The translations under genes and the position numbers were made by a program. DNA of 41,095 bases, taken from NCBI GenBank assembly GCA_000934665.2, contig KZ538902.1, forward strand, positions 1 through 41,095. Reading direction: 5' to 3'. The notes under the pieces were generated by a model. It was not told the DNA's origin. It saw only the letters and a list, made by a program, of their open reading frames with translations, and searched no databases. The stretch's first letter is position 1, and each line of letters opens with the position of its first letter. This stretch comes from Catajapyx aquilonaris (Eukaryota). Below, in pieces: positions 26,650 to 37,213 of the stretch.

Positions 26650-26834
26650 TTTCGGCGAAAGCAACGCAGTGTTTGTCAGACCACAGCGAAGTGGAGGTGG
26701 AGACAGGACCGTTCTTTGGGGGTCGGATTGCAGTAGAAGACTCGAAAGACGACAGTTGTGCAGTTCAAGGAGATCCCTCAAGTGCTCGTACCAAGTACAC
26801 ACTCCGCATAATTCATTCCAGATGTGGAAGCCTC
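26650..26834 (+). CDS. Coding exon 4: first part of ZP-N-like domain (FSAKATQCLSDHSEVEVETGPFFGGRIAVE...CAVQG...YTLRIIHSRCGSL)
   Basis: Acceptor TTTTGACAG/ phase 1; three Cys and the 'v.v.t..pF.GrI' and 'l.i....CG' patterns of ecdysozoan ZP-N; donor /GTGAGT phase 0. Confidence 0.93.
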
Positions 26835-28373
26835 GTGAGTATTTTAGCAATAATAATTAATTGCGTTTAAAATGCCTCGTGAAAGCAGTGAAACCTGTAG
26901 AGAAGTTTCCCCAGTTGGGACAGCAAATATTTTCTGCGTAGTGACCAGAAATAACGTTGTGCATTATTGATGATCGTCCTCTGGGATAAAAAGTTACGTA
27001 TAAGGGAAACTTTCCTCTGCATCCAGGGTTAATTATAGCCAGCTTTCACTGCAGCAGGCCTGTGACGATATATTGTAATTAGTGACTGGACTAAAATAAT
27101 ACAAGTGCATAATAATTGCATGTCATTATTACGAGGCATCGAGGCATCCAATTGGTTATATCTGGTTATATCTAATCATGGAGGACCCACATGAATTGTA
27201 TTTTAATTCATGGGAATTGTGAAGCCTGTTATTGAGTTACACAAGTTCTTCCATGCTTAAGTATGTTCATCTACAATATTAAGATCATAGGAAGAACGAA
27301 GAAGTAGGATGAAGAATTGCGCAGCGTCACCATCTGTCGACGTGAAGCGAAGCACTGCGCCTAACACCAGTAGATCAATGAGGCGGTTGTGATTTACAGC
27401 CCAGTATTTCCGTAGTCCTGGATTTATTAGGAACTGACCTGTGATAACTCTCACTTCGGGATAGTGATCAGATTCAGCAAATAAAAAAGTTATGGATGAT
27501 TTACTACGTTGCCTCAGCGCTCTCCTGTTAGCAAGTATTCGGAGCTGAAAAAAAAAAAAACACCGAATGCCATAATCCTGAAAGCATGTCTGTTTCGTGA
27601 ATGTGATTCCGAGTTTATCTTGCTATTTCGATTCATTTACTTCACGTGACAGGCATCAATGTCATAGATATAAACTGCAAATTAGATATCTCGAATAAAG
27701 TGTCTGCAGCATATTTTAGTGTTAAATCAACACATCAACTTTGAATAAATCATGACAAGTTGTTTATCGCTTAAAGTGATGTTGGCCAAAATCGCAGGTG
27801 TTCATCCATGTAATGAACATGTCATACTGACTTTCAGATTTTTTGACCGGTACAGTACCTGCAAAGTCATGCAGGGATAGGCATCTCCCCACTATCAATA
27901 AGTATACGCCAGGCTGGTGAAGCCCCAGTAGCGTGATAATACACGTAGGCTACACAATCATTATTACGAGTATTCCAAATGTCTCCTTGTATATTAGGCA
28001 TACCCTACTGATTTATATTTAAAATACTTCCGCGAGAGCTTTTCCTCTTTAATGTGGATCAGGTACCGCAGTTACTGGGCATTAGAGGGTCACACTGGTC
28101 AAATGTGTACGATGATAATTAAAAAAAATGAAAGGTGACAAGGTGGTGGTCACAACCTTATAAGAAAGGGAGTTTGAGACTGATAACTGAACTTTCATGT
28201 GAAATAAATTAATAACCCACATCCTACACAAAACTGCAAATGCTCTAAATTCGTAATACGAATGTCATCATTTTATGAATTGAGCTGTTATGAACATAAT
28301 CAACTTATCAATACAGTACTGCTGCCCACATCCTAAAGGGCTAAAGGGCTATATTAAATTCACGAGTTGCCTG

Positions 28374-28443
28374 TTTGCTTTAACAAAATTTGCATTGTTT
28401 TCTTCAAATTTGAAGAAAACAATGCAAATTTTGTTAAAGCAAA
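28374..28443. repeat. Perfect 70-bp palindrome (35-bp arms, no spacer)
   Basis: TTTGCTTTAACAAAATTTGCATTGTTTTCTTCAAA followed directly by its exact reverse complement; the ORF track shows the same peptide on both strands. Confidence 0.97.
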
Positions 28444-28458
28444 ATACGGTCGTTTATA

Positions 28459-28461
<3 letters not shown>

Positions 28462-28506
<45 letters not shown>

Positions 28507-28512
28507 CTCTCT
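28462..28512. repeat. (CT)n microsatellite
   Basis: CT run with one interruption. Confidence 0.95.
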
Positions 28513-29095
28513 AGAACATTTCATGCGGTGATCTAACAAACTTTCACCCGATTTAGCCTTTGCACTCATACAGTATCTTAGCCTATACAGTTCCTTTACA
28601 CTACAAGGGAGGCGGATAGGCTATATGTGGCAACCCGATCGAGTTCAAGGATGAAAAGGTCCCAAGCCCGGGACTTTATCATCTGGTGCGGGGTTTTTAG
28701 TCGTCTCCAACTCTGTATCGGGTGAAATTACCGGCAGGCAACCGACCGCGACCCGGGGGGAATGCACAAAACGAAATTGCACATGCACTTGCACCTGCAC
28801 GTACTGTACTTTCCCCTCCCACACTCGCTCTACCCACGGGTGCTTTGGAAAAGAACCAGGCTTTACAACTAATAAGGATGAAATAAATGTGGCGTGCCAT
28901 ATGCCCAGTACTGGTCGCTTACGTAGCTAGTGGCATTACGTTTTACCCTGTAAAACATTATTGCTTAGTTTAATCGTCTAAATAGTAATCTGAAAAGATA
29001 AATCCAAGATGACAGCTTCCATCATCAACATATCAACGCCTGAATCTTAAAAGATATTTTTGACATGTAGCCTACTTTACATTTTTCGATTCTAG

Positions 29096-29220
29096 GTAAA
29101 TGGATCATCCATTAAAACATTTCTTTTGGTGCAAGAAAATCTACCAATTCTGACTCACAGCACAAGAAGATTTTTGGTCCTCTGCACATTTTCTCCAGAC
29201 TCCTTCATTGTAAAAGCTGG
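29096..29220 (+). CDS. Coding exon 5: end of ZP-N-like domain (VNGSSIKTFLLVQENLPILTHSTRRFLVLCTFSPDSFIVKAG)
   Basis: Acceptor TTCTAG/ phase 0; 'vvvQ....t..d..f.v.C.y' ZP-N ending with fourth Cys; donor GG/GTATGA phase 2. Confidence 0.92.
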
Positions 29221-29286
29221 GTATGAAACCATTTTGTTATTTTATCTTTGCCATTTGTTATTTTTAAAAACTTTTAAAATTTTCAG

Positions 29287-29489
29287 CGTGAGTTTACCCC
29301 GAGCGTCAAATGAAGTGGACACCGACGAACCGAGACCTGTTGGGCGTACTGTGTACGAGGTAGAACCGGCTGTCCTGACAGAGGAACTGCCCGATACGGC
29401 TCCTCGACTTAGCAACATCATTGATTCGAGAGTACAACATGAGCAGAGTGCATTATCAGCAGCTCACATTGCCTTTCCACCGGAACAAG
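29287..29489 (+). CDS. Coding exon 6: acidic/Pro-rich juxtamembrane linker
   Basis: Acceptor TTTTCAG/ phase 2; open frame VSLPRASNEVDTDEPRP...FPPEQ; donor AAG/GTATAT phase 1. Confidence 0.85.
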
Positions 29490-31011
29490 GTATATACATT
29501 GCAGAGTTGCAGGCAGTTCAAATAAAATGCAGGCGTGTAAATCTGCAATATATTATGCACGCTCAATTTCTGCGTCAATTGGTGTACCAATTCATTAATG
29601 ACGTTGTCGACACCATGGGACTCATGCATCACAGTAATAGAGTGATACAGTAATGTTGGCGTGAAAGTCCTAAATACTGCATAAAAAGCATTACCTACAT
29701 GGTTTGTCTATAGAGTACTAAATGGGATATAATCATGCGGGCCCTGTCAGAGCAGTTTCGACGAACAGCAACCTTATGTGTCCCAGTGATGCATGAAAAA
29801 CCTAATTCAAGTGAAAATTCCGGTCTCATAACAATTTTCATGAAGCTTGCCAACGTGATTTAACAATTAAGAGCGCATAAATGAACATATTCACACACTT
29901 GCCCTCTTTAGTCTTCGACCAGCCAAATGTCAAAAATTTAAACGTTATTGAATACATGAAAAATTACAACTCGCCCTTTAGTTAAGCAGGACAAAAAGGG
30001 GCGCTTGAATATTCCATTACATAGGAAAATTTTGTAACCGGTCCGTGTGGGTTTGGCGCTTTCACTGCGTTTCAGGGAAACTGCTGTTATCAATCTTTAG
30101 GGTCCAAGCTGGTGCCAGGACTCCCAGGATATGGAAATTAGTCCAACCATAATAAATTATGAACTCACGTCCTGTGCCTTACGAGACCTGGGAACCTTCG
30201 TAATAAGTATAAAAATGGAACAGGACCTTGACTATTGTTGATAAATTAGGGTAAGCCCCTGAGGAAAGTTCGTGTGTGAACTTTTCAGGAGATAATGGAG
30301 TCTACATTTCACTCGTGCAATTTCCAGCCAGAGTAAAATAGCTTCCGGATGTTTTTACTCTGAATAAGGTCACGGTTTCCATCCCTTTTGTTTCTAGCCC
30401 ACTAATAAAAGTGCAAATAAGCAATCCTACGATTTCCGCGAACCTGATTAGGCCATTTCCCTCCACAATAAATTTTGTGCTTTCTTTTTATCTGATTGTA
30501 ATTTTTTTTCTTCTAAAATGGCATCAGATAAATCTCGACTCATTTTTCATTGTTAATCTCCATGATGACTCCCAACACCACGTAGCCTAGAGCCATCATT
30601 AAATCCAGGCAAAGCATCACATGCATGCGGTTAGAAGAGAGCAATACTGGCTTCATAAACACCTAGGTCACTAAGTAGATTGGTGTTAATTTACTTTAAT
30701 TAGTGACATTTCGCTGTGCCATGCTTTCGAGTACTCATGAATGTTTTGTTAGAAGCAAAAAATACTCTCGTGCAGTAAAAGGTTTTCATGCAAAATGGAG
30801 CCATTCTCGAGGGATTTTACGGTTCGTGGAGCAAAAGCCTCGAATTTTTTCTGCCAACACAAAAGTGCTCCTTAGTTTGGGGGTATCGGTAATCGAATAA
30901 TTGAGAACTCTCGTGGGGCTGGGCTAATCCGTACCTGTTGGTCTGGCATAAACAATTTAGCCTATTAACACAGGCATGCACGTAGTTGTAAAGTCTACAT
31001 TTGTCACCAAC

Positions 31012-31096
31012 TATGAAAGATGACTTCTTTGGTCAATCTCATTATGATGTTGGACCAACATCATAATGAGATGGACCAAAGAAGTCATCTTTCATA
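31012..31096. repeat. 85-bp near-perfect palindrome (42-bp arms, 1-nt centre)
   Basis: TATGAAAGATGACTTCTTTGGTCAATCTCATTATGATGTTGG-A-reverse complement, one mismatch. Confidence 0.97.
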
Positions 31097-31870
31097 TGCT
31101 AAACTTTCAATTCAAGCCAGCTGAATTATGCAATATGCTTCTGTGTTATCAGCGTCCTTGCCCGACGCTACCGGTCTATACTGATGGAAATAGTTCTGCA
31201 TGAAACTACTAAACATGTTGTCACCATAGGCGGTGGCCAACTATAGATCGAGTAGCAAATTTATGAGTGTAGCTTACAGATAACGTTGGACACAATTGTA
31301 TACGCTCCCTGTCACATTATCTGGCCATATAGGGCGAGGCTCTTAAACATTACTGTGTACCCAATATTCCGACTATATTTTATTGGGCAGTGCTTATGCC
31401 TGTAATGAGCCAATGCAGGGATATTTATGATCCTGGCAAGCACTGTACATATCGAGAAAAGTGGAAAAAACCCGCCCTAAATAGAGACGTTTCCAGGGAC
31501 TGATGGGTTTTAATCTACACCTTTTCCCATTTTCTGGCCAGAGACATAACCATTACCACTCCATGTGCCTCGCATTATTTTTCAGCAAAGGGACCTAGTC
31601 ACACTACGTTGAATTTACAGGCCAAATATTTCAACAACTGTAGCTGTTTATGGCATCACTTGGAGCCCTAAACTACTGACAAAGCAACATATATAATGTA
31701 GACGAAAAAGGCTCTAATATAGATTGTACAGTTTAATATTATATACCGTAATAATCTAACGATGAGTTACTCTTTGACAGCAGTTGATACATCAGTATTA
31801 AACTCATGTAATAAATATTGACTTTTGGATTGTATTCTGCATAGGTGTCTTACAATCATGTCATTTACAG

Positions 31871-32145
31871 ATCATCAGAGGGTGACTGAAGTAGTGGTGC
31901 TGGCCCTCCTCGTGATCGGCACCGTCGTGGGCGCTGTCGCAGCTGTCACCTGGATGATAACCCACAGCCGACGCCAACGACAGTCCATTATGTCCTCCTC
32001 CACGTCCCTTCCAGAAGAAGACCTGTCGGAAGTGCTCGAAAACATGGAGAACAACCGAAGAGACGAGATCCAAGAATTGGACCCAGGGGCTCTGCTGACT
32101 GTCCATCTTGAGCAAGAGGCCACCGCTGGCCAGTCGGAGGCATGA
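31871..32145 (+). CDS. Coding exon 7: transmembrane helix and cytoplasmic tail, stop TGA
   Basis: Acceptor TTTACAG/ phase 1; TM VVVLALLVIGTVVGAVAAVTWMI followed by basic HSRRQR; Ser-rich and acidic tail ending GQSEA. Summed CDS 1173 nt (390 aa + stop). Confidence 0.9.
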
Positions 32146-32467
32146 GCACACACATTACATCAAGTGCATCCAACAACTCATGGCCCCGAACAGTCACATG
32201 GGGCAAATGACATGTCTTTGATGAGCTCACTGTGCCAATCTAATCGAAGAACTGCGATTCTTTGTTGTTGTTGTCACCGGGCTAAGCAGTAGAGATAGTA
32301 GGGCCAAAGTGATATTGACTTTTTTTTTTTTTGGACGAACGAGTAGTTTTTTGACCTCTTTGGGACTTGTGGGCTGACGAGTGAGACTCACTGGACCATG
32401 CACAGACCAAAGCTGACTGATAAGACTTTTTGACATGCAGGACCGGGGCGCATGGTGAGGAAATGAG

Positions 32468-32625
32468 CTCGAGTTAAGCAAGCTCTCCTAACACATAGGG
32501 GGGTTGCTTAGCTCGAGTGTTTTGAGGATCACCGCACGCCCCTGCCATACTCAAGTGTCGTTGACTGCTTAGGCTTTGTTGGCGTAATTGCATATATGTA
32601 GATGGTGCCTTTACGCCAACAGACC
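32468..32625 (+). other. Two adjacent stem-loops in the predicted 3' UTR
   Basis: 32468-32517: 22-bp stem with 3 G-U pairs, one bulge, 5-nt loop. 32575-32587 pairs with 32611-32623 (13 bp, one G-U). Confidence 0.6.
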
Positions 32626-32957
32626 AAACACACAGACTGGAACAGCGTGAGGACCCAAATAGTCAGTTCTGTCACGTTATGAAGCATCAGGCGAATTTCT
32701 CAAGTTTGGTGTTGAGGCATTCCTTCCACAGTTCCACTAGTGACAGTGTCGTAGTGTTTTCTATTTGTCATTGTTGTTGCATTTCAGATGAACAATGAGA
32801 GCCTCGGAGTCAATATTTTGGTTTACTTGGTTTTACAGGAACTTTTCGAACACATGCTTTTTTAAAACTCTCACAATGACATGATGTCAAATTGATGCAC
32901 TCTGCCCAAAGTAATATTGTATGATGCTGTGTTTTACTACTTTCTATAAGCAAATGA

Positions 32958-32963
32958 AATAAA
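32958..32963 (+). terminator. Candidate polyadenylation signal of the FN3/ZP-N gene
   Basis: First AATAAA I find downstream of the stop codon, ~810 nt after it. Confidence 0.45.
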
Positions 32964-33609
32964 TTTTGCGAATATGCTCACATAGCAGCTTCCTGTATTA
33001 TACTGTATATGTCAAAACAACATGCCAATGAACGTACACATATTTAATTACGGAAATGTTGATTGAAAGGCCACTAATTGTGACCAGTTGTCAAACCACA
33101 ATTATTAATTTTAGCAAATATAATTATTTATTCGTGTCAATTGCCTCATCTTTGCATGCTCTATGTAAATCAACAGGTAAAAGTTAAATATTATGTTGCT
33201 TAAGCATTTTATGGCACATAACCTGTGTGTTCACAAAAAATAATGTGCATTATGCAATATGCTAAAAATTTATAACAAGGTCAGTTTGTTGCATTAACTC
33301 GGCCTATTATTAATCATAAACGTTCAATACACAAGGTGTGTAAAAGCATTATGTTTTGACAAGAAGCAGTATGAATATTGAAACTATACAGTAAGGTTCA
33401 TTATGATTAGGGGTTAGAACAGGTGCCAACTGCCAACCAACACTCCCTGCTGACAGCTGATGAATTACGTCAATAGCCAGCGGCGATGTGCAATTATGAA
33501 GGTCAGAATTTATTTTCCACGGCATAATATTGCATAGGTAAATCTAAAATCTCCCCTGTGTTAGAGCGAAAGTGTACACGTCGTTAAAATGACAAGTGAA
33601 AGTCATGAT

Positions 33610-34263
33610 TAGAGAACGGATTTCCAGGTTTTTACCTACTTTTTCTTTTGTAGGCAGAACACCGGAACCAAAATATCTATCAGTTTCATAACACAAGGAC
33701 CTCAAAAATCGTAGTTTTATAGAACCTAAAAATGCATATTTCGGGTGTTGGGACCTAAATGGCCTATTAGCACCTATTAGTGCCTATTTCGACCTTTTTC
33801 ACGCCGTTCGGTAAGATTTTCGAGAGTTCTGCAGGTTTTCCGTTCAAGGAATCCCTCCCACTTCAACTTGTGACGAGCGAAGAAGCGGTTGATGGGCAAG
33901 ATCCCTGGTAATGTGCCGTTAACCGTTATTGAGACTCGAAATCACTGTTATTAATAGCCGTTAAATAAGCTGCTACATTCGGCCCGACGGCTTTTTTATC
34001 GGCCATATCGGCTCCCCGTGAGGGAGGATCTTAACTGTCGCCGAAAAGCTGCGATTAACCACCGAAAATATGGAATAACTGCGAGTTTGTTACTGTGCTG
34101 CACAATTTCATGGTGAAGAGTAGGCTGTAATATGTATAGAAATTAGAATAAATTAGAACCAGCTTGATTTATAGCGCCTATTTAAGAGCCTATTTTGACT
34201 GTTTTCAGGGCCTAAATGCCTACCTATTTGAGGGCTTTTTAGAACCTAGAAATCCGTTCTCTA
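33610..34263. mobile_element. 654-bp non-autonomous hAT element
   Basis: 21-bp TIRs TAGAGAACGGATTTC(C/T)AGGTT with one mismatch; 8-bp TSD GTCATGAT at 33602-33609 and 34264-34271; multiple subterminal (G)CCTA(TTT/AA) motifs. Confidence 0.93.
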
Positions 34264-35044
34264 GTCATGATAAACTGCACATAGGCCTGTGCATTTATAT
34301 AAATTCATGCTCAATTACAATTACAAATGTTAGAAACAGTAGGCTATTTTGTTCAGCATGATTTTTTTATTTTACAATATTATAGTCTCGCACATATTTA
34401 CTTGTGCAAGTAAACACCTTATTACAATTGCCCGTGATTTCACGTAATCATTTCCACAAGCATTAAGGCATACCTTATACAAGACAGTACTTGCCTGGTT
34501 GCAAAAGTGTGCGCCAGAAGTGAACCCCTCGATATATCCTGTACAATGATACCAGGTCATAAAAATCACTGTGAATATACTGTATATTGACGTTGGCCGA
34601 AGTTCATGTTAGGATCAACCAAAGCATAACACACACGAACTGGATTTGGCAAATCACACATGCTGCTCGAAGTGAATGTGTCTCTGTTGGTCACATATTC
34701 AGCCATGGAAAATGAAAACGGAGGATTACAACAATTTGGATTACGGTACCTTGCAAAACCCAATTAGGCCATTGTCCATTATTTGCACTGCATGTTAAGA
34801 AAAGGCACAGAAAAAAAGGTGTTACACTCCTGCTGGTGGGAACTTAATTTATGGTGTAGTCTGAAAGCCCAAGTGAAGTTTTCAAGTTCTCTTGATTCTG
34901 TTTGTACAGTACTGAACTGAAACCACCATGTCCTGTCTGGTGTCCTGTCTTGAGACCTTTTCCCGCCCGACTGCAACCATCGAAAGACAGCCTCATGCAG
35001 TCCCGCGCCATCTATTGGGAGAAATCATCACTTCTGTACAGCCA

Positions 35045-35464
35045 CTAATCACATTTTAATCGCATTTTAAATGCTGTGTAATTATGATATAGGATGCTCA
35101 TAAAAATTAATGTAAATTTTGTAACTATAGAGCTTGTTGTGGAATGTTGACCTGGTACCACTGCTCGAATGCTCCATGCTTGCCAACTTACATCACCGTA
35201 TAATATGCTGCAGGGAACATTTACGTGCAATAATTGACCAGGGACCTCCTCAGGTATGGTTACGCTTATTGACACCTCATATTTCATGTTTAGGGAATCA
35301 TTATTCATAAAGTGAGTTGTAGAAAAACCATTAGTTATTGCAACCAGCAGTTCTGGATCCTGAACCAAGTGATCTAATGAGTGCGACTTGATTTGTGCAG
35401 GGACTGCAGGGCGAGGCCTGTGCACCAGGGACATGGTGCAGCCCAGTTGACTGTGGTGTAGACC
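35045..35464 (-). CDS. Candidate terminal exon of an unidentified convergent gene
   Basis: Strong minus-strand acceptor CCTTTTTCCCTTACCTTACTCTAACTGCAG ending at 35465; phase-0 frame open 139 codons; AATAAA on minus strand near 34367-34372. No recognisable domain; reading frame uncertain. Confidence 0.3.
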   Translation of the reverse strand, partial: GLHHSQLGCTMSLVHRPRPAVPAQIKSHSLDHLVQDPELLVAITNGFSTTHFMNNDSLNMKYEVSISVTIPEEVPGQLLHVNVPCSILYGDVSWQAWSIRAVVPGQHSTTSSIVTKFTLIFMSILYHNYTAFKMRLKCD

Positions 35465-35919
35465 CTGCAGTTAGAGTAAGGTAAGGGAAAAAGGATGTTG
35501 ATTTCTAAATAATGTAGCGTCTTTCCTCATGTCAGTAGATCAGGAAAGATGCTCTATTCGTAATCACAGAAAATGTTTCATGTCTAACTCGGGCCTAAGG
35601 TGACATGGTACTGTCATATAAGCATCGGAAACTAAAGGACTGAATGCTGTGCTGATGCTGTTGATTGTACATTAGTTAAAATATTGTAAGCAAAAATATT
35701 CAGAACGTGGATCATTCTGTGGGTATCAAATCAATTACTGCTAATTTAGTGAATTTGCAGTTATTACAGTGTTTGGGTAGAAGGTAGCTGTATGATGCAA
35801 TGTGCCAAATAAGGTACCATAATGGCATAATCTATCTGTATTCTGTAACAATCGGAAGGTCTGTAATTTTTATTGCAGGATTAATGTCGACTATTCTGCA
35901 ACAGGGACAAGTTACTTAA

Positions 35920-36211
35920 CCCTGGAACCATTACGTGGGGTCTTTTAGGACCCCAATGGAATTAAAATGCATTAAAATGATAATTACAATGAACTTTTGC
36001 CATTTAAAAAAGTCCATAACAGGAAGTGCATGTTTATTTTGAATTAGCGATCATTTTTGGCATTCTTCAAAGAATTATTGCATACGGTACATTATAGTCA
36101 ATACATTGAAAAGCATTATATAAAAATTAATAAAAATTAAAATATGGGTGGGATCCTAAAAGACCCCACGTCACTGTTGCCGTAACTTTCAGGCATGTCA
36201 AGGTTCCAGGG
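35920..36211. mobile_element. 292-bp piggyBac-type MITE
   Basis: TTAA at 35916-35919 and 36212-36215; termini CCCTGGAACC / GGTTCCAGGG; internal inverted repeat ACGTGGGGTCTTTTAGGA(C/T)CCC set 3 nt from the left TIR and 30 nt from the right TIR. Confidence 0.93.
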
Positions 36212-37172
36212 TTAACCAATTGGCAGTCTGACTAACACTTTGCCTTGCAGCAACCCCAGAATTTGATAAACATCTTTGATTCTGTCATCTACATAAATAA
36301 TTATTAGGCCTACATCTTGATCACTTTTAACCACTTACAGCCTACCATTCACACAAGGCTTAGGGAGGTGACCTGAGCCAGTGAAGAACTTTCACAGGTC
36401 GACAAGTGTTATGAGTGCCAAACAAGTAGGGCAATATGCACTGGACCATGTTGCGAGCCTGTTAGTTAGCTGTAATGGGAAAACATGGGTGAACAAACCC
36501 CTACTTGTCTCAAGTGAATATTTTTATCACAGGCTAGCTCTATAAATTAAAACATGTAAGACTATATTTATAACTTTTCATCAAATTTTGTTGCTCATTG
36601 GGTAGAAGTTGTGGATTGAATTCTTTCATTCACACTTGCTGCCTGACTATGGAATTACAATTGACGTTTTTTTTTTTTTTTTAATTTGATGCAAGTGAAG
36701 GCACCAGGGCATAGCTATCCATGTGTTTCATGCGCTGCCTGCACTGTGGGAACAAGGCTGTAGCAATTGGTCTCCATTTTAGATTTTGCTATGAAGATGA
36801 TTTCCAGAGTACGTAAATTAATTAATTACAACTTTGGCAGGTGTTTCCTTGTTGTTGGACTTTGCATTGTTGTTTTTTTTTGACCTGTTTTGAAAAGTAG
36901 TTAGTGGATAATTATGTGCCTGCTTATTAGATATCATCACTCATGATATCATGCAAGACATTTTGGTGCGGAACTTTGGACTAAATCATTGCCTAGTGCC
37001 TCTGTGTTTGTTCAAATTGCTACCTGTCCATAATGTTTTACTTTCCAGGAGAAGCAAAATGCGATTTTTTGGGGGGCCATGTAATTTTTCAAGAGTAATT
37101 TAAGAAACAGTTTTGGATAGTCTTCATTTTGCATCGACCCCATCAATAATTATTGCTGGTGTCCAGAAGCTG

Positions 37173-37213
37173 TTTAAAAGTCTACGTATAATTATTATAC
37201 GTAGACTTTTAAA
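37173..37213. repeat. Perfect 41-bp palindrome (20-bp arms, 1-nt centre)
   Basis: TTTAAAAGTCTACGTATAAT-T-ATTATACGTAGACTTTTAAA. Confidence 0.95.

Noticed and set aside
34990..35035. Possible SECIS-like ATGA...AA...GA arrangement on the minus strand
   Set aside because: Stem pairing and spacing are poor and no in-frame Sec TGA gene is evident.
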